Below, one piece after another: positions 57,333 to 64,000 of a stretch of 64,000 nucleotides of DNA (positions are counted from its first letter, which is position 1; every line of letters starts with the position of its first letter). The stretch spans positions 960,001 through 1,024,000 of the forward strand of contig CAVRVY010000001.1 in assembly GCA_963724765.1 (NCBI GenBank), read 5' to 3'. Under the pieces are notes generated by a model. The model worked only from the letters and a program-made list of their open reading frames with translations, had not been told where the DNA came from and did no database searches. The stretch is from an uncultured delta proteobacterium. Lineage in GTDB: Bacteria; Desulfobacterota; Binatia; Binatales; Binataceae. Made by a program: the position numbers and the translations under genes.

Positions 57333-58544
57333 TTAGATGATGCCGGCGGCGCGCAGCGCCGCTATTTTCTCCGCGTCGTAACCCGCGACCTCGCGCAGCA
57401 GACGCTCCGTATGTTCGCCGAGCGCGGGCGCACGGGTGTTAGGCGTGGCGGATGGTCCCGCGGCCTGGCCCGCGGTTTTGAGCGGCGAGCCAGGGACGAT
57501 AAGTCCGTCGAAGGTGGGATGCTCGGCGTGCAGGATCATCTGGCGCGCCTCGAGTTGCGGGTTGCGGCTGACCTCAGCCACGTTGGCGATCGGTGCGCAA
57601 GGGACGCCAGCGTCGCCAAGCAGCTTGAGCCAATGCTCGCGCGGTTGGGCGGCGAAATGGCGGCTCAAAATCGGTTCGAGTTCGGCGTGATTCGCCGTGC
57701 GCTCGGCGTTGAGCGTAAAGCGAACGTCGCTTTTCAGCTCAGGCGTGCCGATCGCGTCGCAAAAGCGCGCCCATAGCGATTCATTGCCGGCGCCCGCGAC
57801 GAAGTATCCGTCGGCCGCGCGAAACTGCTGAAAGGGCGTGATCGACGGATGGCGCGAGCCCAGCGGACCCGGCACTTTGCCGGTCGCGGAATAGCGCGCC
57901 AGCGCGTCCTCCAGCAGCGCGACCTGGCAATCGAGCATCGCGATATCCAGATGGCGTCCCACGCCGGTGCGCTCGCGCAGCCGCAGCGCCGACAGGATCG
58001 CGATCACGCCATAGAGCGCAGCGGCCAGGTCGCCAATCGACACGCCGCATCGCGTCGGGTCGCCGTTGGCCGGCCCGGTGATACTCATCGTGCCGCCGAG
58101 CGCCTGCGCAACGATGTCGTAAGCCGGCGCGGAAGCCATCGGGCCGCTCTGTCCGAAACCCGAAATCGAGCACAGGATGACGCGCGGGTTGGCCGCGGCC
58201 AGTTCCGCGTAGGCCAGGCCGAAACGTTCCATCGTGCCCGGCGCGAAATTCTCCAGTACCACGTCGCAGTGCCGCACGAGGTCGAGCGCGACGGTTACGC
58301 CCGCGGGCTTGCGCAGATCGAGCGTCGCGCTCAGCTTGCCGCGGTTGACGCTGTAGTAGTAGCCCGAGTCGTTGGAGTTGGGGATGCGCGGGGCGTAGCC
58401 GCGCGAGTCGTCGCCGCGCCCGGGCAGTTCGATCTTGATGACCTCGGCGCCGAGGTCGGCGAGATTCATCGCGCAAAACGGTCCCGCCAGCACCCGGCTC
58501 AGATCGAGCACGCGAATACCCGCAAGCGGCCTTTCATCGATCAT
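57333..58544 (-). CDS. CaiB/BaiF family III CoA-transferase
   Basis: PLAGIRVLDLSRVLAGP, NRGKLS, ENF, SISGFG, AYD, APALGEHT. Confidence 0.95.
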   Translation of the reverse strand: MIDERPLAGIRVLDLSRVLAGPFCAMNLADLGAEVIKIELPGRGDDSRGYAPRIPNSNDSGYYYSVNRGKLSATLDLRKPAGVTVALDLVRHCDVVLENFAPGTMERFGLAYAELAAANPRVILCSISGFGQSGPMASAPAYDIVAQALGGTMSITGPANGDPTRCGVSIGDLAAALYGVIAILSALRLRERTGVGRHLDIAMLDCQVALLEDALARYSATGKVPGPLGSRHPSITPFQQFRAADGYFVAGAGNESLWARFCDAIGTPELKSDVRFTLNAERTANHAELEPILSRHFAAQPREHWLKLLGDAGVPCAPIANVAEVSRNPQLEARQMILHAEHPTFDGLIVPGSPLKTAGQAAGPSATPNTRAPALGEHTERLLREVAGYDAEKIAALRAAGII

Positions 58545-58568
58545 CGAAATCTTCTCTCGAACCCTTCA

Positions 58569-59747
58569 TTATCGCCGCCGCGGTCGCGCCTGTTGCTGCT
58601 GCGCGCGCATCGCCTCGGCCGGTGTCATGATGAGACGCGGCTCTTCGCGCTCGCGCTCCTGCTCTTCGGCGAAGACCGTCCCAAGCTGTGCGCGAATCAG
58701 CGCCTGGAAGAACGGGATGCGGCTCGCGTCGGCGCCGTCGCGCAGACGCGCCGCGGCGGCCGCGGCCCATCCCGCAGCGTCGCGCCGCCCGCTGCGCGCC
58801 ATGTAATAGGCGATATCCTCGAGCCGCCGCCGCACCGCGGCTGCGCGCTCGCCGCCCAGCAACTCGCCGACGGCGCGTTCGACGACGATGTTGATGCGTC
58901 CTTCCTGCTGGACGCGATTCAGCACCAGCACGCTTTCCTGGATCGACTTAATCTCGTCGACGTACGGTTTAATTTCCGCGGGCGGAAATTTCCACGCCGC
59001 GATCTCGGGCTCCTTGAGCAGGTCCGCAGCCGGTTCATGTTCCAGCGCGGAGGCCATCTCGGCATAGATCGGATGGACGATTTCCATGGGCGGCGGCGAG
59101 CCGACGATTTCCGTGCGCAGCGTCAGAAAATTTCCGACCTGCGAGCGCTTGCCAGCCGGCGTGCGGCGAAACGCCTCGCACAGGATGTAATCGGCCAGAT
59201 GCGCGTCGCCTTCGACCATCGTGACGCCCGCGCGTCGCTCCATCTCGGCGCGCTCGTTGCGCAGCTCGCGGCGCGAAAGCTCGCTCAGCGCGACATTGAT
59301 GAGGCCTTCGGTGTCCGCGAGCAGGCCCCAAAGGCGCGCGATTCCGCCGCCCCGGCGTTCCTTCAGCAGCCATACGATGCGCGCGCCGTCGGCGTCGACG
59401 GGCGAGAACAGCGCGCTCAGCGCCGGCCCGGCCGACGGCGCAGCCGCCGGCCGGGCCGGCGCTGCCGCCACGGCCGCCGGCGCGATTCCGCGCTGGCGCA
59501 GCCGGAACAACGCTCGGCGGACTTCGCGGCGCAACGCGCCGCTCGCCCCCGCTTCCATCGCGGCGAGCATCGCCGCCGCCTCCACGCTCGCGATCGCGCC
59601 GAGGGCGCGCGCGATCGCCGCCGGGCTCACGCCCTGCGCCGAGCGCAGCTCGCCCAGGCGTGCGAGCGCCTCGGCGGGCGTCGCGGCCGGGTCGAAGCCG
59701 GCCGCGCGCAGGCTTGCGTCCTCGTGCTCGATGTCGTTGTGGGTCAT
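58569..59747 (-). CDS. Hypothetical protein with HEAT-like N-terminus
   Basis: Coherent ORF with typical codon usage; RREVRRALFRL, SPVDADGAR. Confidence 0.7.
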   Translation of the reverse strand: MTHNDIEHEDASLRAAGFDPAATPAEALARLGELRSAQGVSPAAIARALGAIASVEAAAMLAAMEAGASGALRREVRRALFRLRQRGIAPAAVAAAPARPAAAPSAGPALSALFSPVDADGARIVWLLKERRGGGIARLWGLLADTEGLINVALSELSRRELRNERAEMERRAGVTMVEGDAHLADYILCEAFRRTPAGKRSQVGNFLTLRTEIVGSPPPMEIVHPIYAEMASALEHEPAADLLKEPEIAAWKFPPAEIKPYVDEIKSIQESVLVLNRVQQEGRINIVVERAVGELLGGERAAAVRRRLEDIAYYMARSGRRDAAGWAAAAAARLRDGADASRIPFFQALIRAQLGTVFAEEQEREREEPRLIMTPAEAMRAQQQQARPRRR

Positions 59748-59899
59748 CGTCGGTGGGTCATTGTTGGTGAGTCATCGTCGGTAAAATTATCGGCGATCAA
59801 AGAATATGCGGATTCGCCGCGGCGGTGCGAGCGTATGCGGCGGCTTTGCGCGATGTCAAGAAAGACGGATCAAGACGAACGCCGATTTGGCCCGGTCGG

Positions 59900-60091
59900 C
59901 TAGCCGACCAGCCCGATATGCGTCAGGAGTTCGCTCAGCCACAACGGCGGCTGGGCCTTCGCGCGAGCCGCTTTGTAGTCCGTATCGCACAGGCGCAGCT
60001 TTACTTTCTTGCCGTTCGCGGGGTCCGTCATCGTGCGCAGCTTTCCCGGCTGATCGCAGTCGGGCCGCTGGCAGGGGGTCTCTTGGGCCAT
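59900..60091 (-). CDS. Small hypothetical protein
   Basis: AGGAG RBS; CQRPDC...LC. Confidence 0.5.
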   Translation of the reverse strand: MAQETPCQRPDCDQPGKLRTMTDPANGKKVKLRLCDTDYKAARAKAQPPLWLSELLTHIGLVG

Positions 60092-60209
60092 CGCCTTCTC
60101 TCCTGCTCAGGACATCGTTGGGCGCGCCTGATATTGTTGCACGGCCGCCGGTCTTTCAAGCACGGCCGCGAGCCTTTCAAAAGGCGCAGCGCAACGAAAA
60201 CGGCGTAAG

Positions 60210-60734
60210 ATGCGTAACCTTGAGGCCAAATTCTGCCTGGGCGATCTCGAAGCGGCGCGCGCGGCCGCGCTTGGTCTCGGCTATACGGCAAGCGCGAGCT
60301 TCATCCAGCGCGACACGTTCTTTGTGGTCTCCCGCGGCAAGCTCAAGTTGCGCGAGCAGCCGCCTGAGGCCTGGCTGATTCACTATGAGCGCGATCGCGA
60401 GAGTGGGCTGATGCTCAGCCGCTACGAGATCGTGCCGGTTGCCGATCCCACGCGCACGCGCGAGATGCTCACGCGCTCGATCGGCGTGCTCGCCGAAGTG
60501 CGCAAGCATCGCACACTGCTCACCCGGCGCAACGTCCGCCTCCATCTCGACCGCGTCGAGACGCTGGGCAACTTCGGCGAGATCGAAGCGGTACTGGGCG
60601 AGCGGAGCGAGAAAGGCGCGGGCGAGGACGCCGGTTCCGCGCGCGGGGCGGTCGATGAACTGCTCGCCGCGCTCGGCGTCGGCGCGGGCGAGCTTATTGA
60701 CGTGTCGTATTTCGAGCTGATGATGCGCCGCTGA
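60210..60734 (+). CDS. CYTH domain protein (class IV adenylate cyclase-like)
   Basis: NLEAK, QRDTFF, KLKLRE, VRKHR, HLDRVETLGNFGEIE, SY. Confidence 0.9.
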   Translation: MRNLEAKFCLGDLEAARAAALGLGYTASASFIQRDTFFVVSRGKLKLREQPPEAWLIHYERDRESGLMLSRYEIVPVADPTRTREMLTRSIGVLAEVRKHRTLLTRRNVRLHLDRVETLGNFGEIEAVLGERSEKGAGEDAGSARGAVDELLAALGVGAGELIDVSYFELMMRR

Positions 60735-60772
60735 AAAGCGCGCGCGTCAGGCATTTCGCACCGGGACCGCGT

Positions 60773-61375
60773 CTAGCGCGAGGCGGAGCCGTTCATCCGG
60801 CGCAACACTTCCTCGGTGAAGCTCAGCGTGAGTCCCCAGATGACCTGGTCGTTGTAGAAGATCGCCGGATGCTCGGTCACCTGTCCGTTGTCGCGCCGGA
60901 AGCGATAGGTGCCGCGGTAGCTCGAATCCTCCAGCGCGTTCATCGGGACGAAGAAGATCGCGGCGACCTCCTTCGGATCGGCGCGCAGGCCTTCGGTGGC
61001 CGGGATGACGCCGACGAAGGGCGTCACATAGATCTCGCTGGTGCGCGCCACCGACCCCTCGATGCCGCCCAGCACGTCGACGCTCGCCGGATCGATCCCC
61101 ACCTCTTCCTGCGCCTCGCGCAGCGCCGTGTGGAGCAGGCTTTCGTCGGTCGGATCGACCCGGCCGCCGGGAAATGCGACCTGGCCGCGATGGCTTTCGA
61201 CGTGATCGGAGCGCCGGATGTAGACCACGTGCAGATCGCCATCGAGCTCGAAGACAGGCATCAGCACCGCGGCGCCGCGTCCCGCGCCGGTGCGATGGCG
61301 CGCGAGCCGGTCGGCGGGCTCGAGGCCCTGGCGCAAACGGCCGATGCGCTGATTGATTCGTTCCCGTACGCTCAT
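60773..61375 (-). CDS. Nudix CoA pyrophosphatase (NudL/PCD1-like)
   Basis: AAVL, HRGQVAFPGG, ALREAQEEVG, IWGLT. Confidence 0.9.
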   Translation of the reverse strand: MSVRERINQRIGRLRQGLEPADRLARHRTGAGRGAAVLMPVFELDGDLHVVYIRRSDHVESHRGQVAFPGGRVDPTDESLLHTALREAQEEVGIDPASVDVLGGIEGSVARTSEIYVTPFVGVIPATEGLRADPKEVAAIFFVPMNALEDSSYRGTYRFRRDNGQVTEHPAIFYNDQVIWGLTLSFTEEVLRRMNGSASR

Positions 61376-61445
61376 GTATCAGTCCTGACTCGCAAATAAG
61401 ATAATGCGTCTGCGAAAGAGAGCCTGGCGGGTGTAAGCGATCACG

Positions 61446-62609
61446 ATGCGCTACCTGATTGGAAGATACCACGAAATCGCGCTCAAGGGGCGCAACCAGT
61501 GGCGCTTCGTTGATCAGTTGAAGAGCAACCTGCGCGCCGTCTTCGCCGACTTCAAGCTCGGCCCGATGCGTGGCGAGGGTCCGCGCCTCATCGTCGAGTT
61601 GCCCGAAGAGATCGACGAGGAGATCGCCGCCGAGCGCGCCGCGCTGCTTTTCGGGCTGCAGAACTTCTCGCTGAGCCGCCCGGTTGCGCGTGATATCGAG
61701 GAGATAAAACGCGAGGCGATCGTGATCGCGCGCGCACATCGGAGCGCCGAGAGCTTTCGCGTACGCTCGACGCGCGCCGACAAGCACTTTGGGCTCAACT
61801 CGATGGAAATCGACCAGGCGGTCGGCGCCGCGGTCAAGGACGACGTCGGACTTAAAGTAAACCTTGAGAATCCTGCGCTGGTCATCACGGTCGAAATTCT
61901 TCCCGACGCCGCCTATATTGCGGCCGGCAAACGGCCAGGCGCCGGCGGCCTGCCCGTGGGCATCACGGGACACGGAGTGGCGCTGCTCTCCGGCGGAATC
62001 GACTCGCCGGTCGCCGCGCATCGCATGATGCGCCGCGGTCTCAGGCTCGATTTTGTCCACTTCCACAGTCATCCGCTGGTCTCGGCGGCGAGCCGCGAGA
62101 AGGCGACCGAATTGGCCGAGCATCTCACTCGCTATGAGGCCCGATCGACGCTGATGCTGGTGGCGTTCGCCGACATCCAGCGCGAGATCGTGGCGCGCGG
62201 ACCGCGTCCGTTGCGCGTGGTGCTCTACCGCCGCTTCATGGTGCGGATTGCGGCCGCGCTGGCCCGGCGCTCGGGCGCGCGCGTGCTGGTGACGGGCGAG
62301 AGCCTAGGCCAGGTCGCTTCGCAGACGCTGGAGAACATGACGGTAATCGAGGAGGCCGCTCTGCTGCCGATGGTGCGCCCGCTGGTCGGAATGGATAAGA
62401 ACGAGATCGTCGACCAGGCGCGCGCACTTGGCACTTTCGAGACCTCGATTCAGCCGGACCAGGACTGCTGCTCGCTGTTCGTTCCCGCGCATCCCGAGAC
62501 CCACGCCAACCTCGACGATGTGCGCGCGGCTGAGAGCGTGCTCGAAGTCGAGACGATGGTGGCCGACGCGGTGCGCAAGGCGGAGATCGTCCGCCTGAGG
62601 TTTCCGTAG
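61446..62609 (+). CDS. thiI: tRNA 4-thiouridine synthase ThiI
   Basis: EIALKGRN, THUMP domain, LLSGGIDSPVA, TGESLGQVASQT, DCC. Confidence 0.95.
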   Translation: MRYLIGRYHEIALKGRNQWRFVDQLKSNLRAVFADFKLGPMRGEGPRLIVELPEEIDEEIAAERAALLFGLQNFSLSRPVARDIEEIKREAIVIARAHRSAESFRVRSTRADKHFGLNSMEIDQAVGAAVKDDVGLKVNLENPALVITVEILPDAAYIAAGKRPGAGGLPVGITGHGVALLSGGIDSPVAAHRMMRRGLRLDFVHFHSHPLVSAASREKATELAEHLTRYEARSTLMLVAFADIQREIVARGPRPLRVVLYRRFMVRIAAALARRSGARVLVTGESLGQVASQTLENMTVIEEAALLPMVRPLVGMDKNEIVDQARALGTFETSIQPDQDCCSLFVPAHPETHANLDDVRAAESVLEVETMVADAVRKAEIVRLRFP

Positions 62610-62627
62610 CCGCGGATGCGATCGGCG

Positions 62628-63896
62628 CTAACCGAAGAACCGCAGCCAGGCGATATCGATGGCGAGCGTGATGATCGTGACCGGCAGGCCGACCTTCAGA
62701 TAGTCGACGAAGGTTATCGTGATACCTTCGCGGTGCGCCTGTTCGATCACGATGAGGTTGGCGATCGATCCGAGCAGGGTCAGATTGCCGGCCAGCGTGC
62801 TGGCGCTCGCGAGCACCAGAGCCGTGCTCATGCCTTGACTGATCTGCGAATAGATCGGCTTGAAGAGCAGCACCGCGGGAACGTTGCTGACCAGGTTGGA
62901 GAGCACCGCGGCGACCACGGAGAGCGTCGCGACGCTTTTCAGCCGCTCGGGTCCCGCTGCCGCCACCAGTTTCTCCAGCAGGCCGGTGGTCTCGGCGCCT
63001 CTGACCACGATGAACAGTCCGGCGAACATCACCAGCAGCGTCCAGTCGATCTGCTCGTAAATTGACCGCGGCTGCGTGCGCCGCGTGAACAGCAGCGCGG
63101 CGCCGCCGCCCAGCGCCACCAGGTGGGTCGGATAGCCCATCGCGAACAGCACCAGCACGGCGCCTGCGACGATCGATGACTTGACGAGATGGTAGCGGCG
63201 CTCCGGCGGCGGCGCGGGCAAATGCAGGTCATCACGCCGCCCGACGCGGCTTAGGCGGCCATGATAGAGCCAGGCGATAACGGCATAGTCGACCAGCAGG
63301 CCCGCCAGCGCGACCGGCGCCAGGCGAATCGCGAAGGCCGAATAACCGATACCAGCGAAGCCGGCGACGATCATGTTCTGCGGATTGCCGGTGATGGTCG
63401 CGACGCTGCCGATATTGCTGCCGGTGGCGAGCGCGATCAGGAGCGGCGCGGCGTCGATTTCGAGGATGCGCGCGACCTCGATGAGCGGGCTCGCCAGCGA
63501 CAGGCAGACCACGTCATTGATGAAAAATGCCGCCAGTACTCCTGAGGCGAGCACCGTCATCGCGAGCAATCCGTAGCCGGCGTGTGCGCGCTCCAGGAGC
63601 CATCGCGCGACCAGCGCGAAGGCGCCCGAGACGCGCAGGTTGGCCACGATGATCATCATCCCGAGCAGCAGCACGAGAGTATGAAAGTCGATCGCGGCCA
63701 GCGCCTTGGACTCGCTGAGCGATCCTGTCACCACCATCAACAGTGCGCCCGCGAGCGCCGCCCCGGTGCGGTCGAGCTTGAGTCCGGGAAAATTGCCGAC
63801 CGCGAACACCAGGTAGGTGAATACGAAGATCGCGAGCGGCACGGCGAGGCGTAGGTCCACCGATGGCATCATCGGGTGGCCTTCGCCGCCGGTCAA
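62628..63896 (-). CDS. ArsB/NhaD/SLC13-superfamily anion transporter
   Basis: LDRTGAAL, FINDVV, SNIGSVATITGNPQN, SNLVSNVPA, GSIANLIV. Confidence 0.9.
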   Translation of the reverse strand: MTGGEGHPMMPSVDLRLAVPLAIFVFTYLVFAVGNFPGLKLDRTGAALAGALLMVVTGSLSESKALAAIDFHTLVLLLGMMIIVANLRVSGAFALVARWLLERAHAGYGLLAMTVLASGVLAAFFINDVVCLSLASPLIEVARILEIDAAPLLIALATGSNIGSVATITGNPQNMIVAGFAGIGYSAFAIRLAPVALAGLLVDYAVIAWLYHGRLSRVGRRDDLHLPAPPPERRYHLVKSSIVAGAVLVLFAMGYPTHLVALGGGAALLFTRRTQPRSIYEQIDWTLLVMFAGLFIVVRGAETTGLLEKLVAAAGPERLKSVATLSVVAAVLSNLVSNVPAVLLFKPIYSQISQGMSTALVLASASTLAGNLTLLGSIANLIVIEQAHREGITITFVDYLKVGLPVTIITLAIDIAWLRFFG

Positions 63897-64000
63897 GCCG
63901 TTGTCCCGCGCCGGTTCCTAGTGGCCGTTCACACTTGAGCGCGCGCGGCGCTATAGTCTTTGGCGGCCGGCATCGACGCAGCCGCGCTGGGTCGGCGATT

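Noticed and set aside
63936-63958. Promoter-like TTGAGC...TATAGT at the window end
   Set aside because: Spacing is too short for a sigma70 promoter and the downstream context lies outside the window.

Overview
High-GC bacterial chromosome window in three parts. (1) 1-15.7 kb is an accessory-looking block with visibly lower GC: RbbA/YhhJ ABC system plus an outer-membrane efflux factor, ppk2, a GluR0-like channel, two outer-membrane paralogues, one intact and several decayed DUF2252 copies, and a DUF2254 pseudogene. (2) 15727-34727 is a ~19 kb integrative element in tRNA-Leu(CAA), bounded by a 58-bp direct repeat. It carries a tyrosine integrase, candidate arm sites, excisionase/AlpA-like HTH genes, an AAA_25 Rep helicase followed by an iteron origin, a DUF5681 TerS-like gene, HigBA, an ImmA-like peptidase, a proteasome-like Ntn hydrolase and three tandem zinc-ribbon membrane proteins. 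It also has a tape-measure-like gene directly followed by a baseplate-hub-like gene, yet no recognisable capsid, portal, large terminase, tube or sheath. This is the best candidate for a novel system: a phage satellite encoding tail-core proteins. (3) 35-64 kb is core-like: heavy-metal-type RND and two-component system, SBP56, grxD/bolA, KirBac, a RelE-Phd TA pair, an OxoO/CarAa-like Rieske oxygenase cluster, CoA transferase, CYTH, Nudix, thiI and an anion transporter. All family calls come from motif recognition by eye; no database searches were run.
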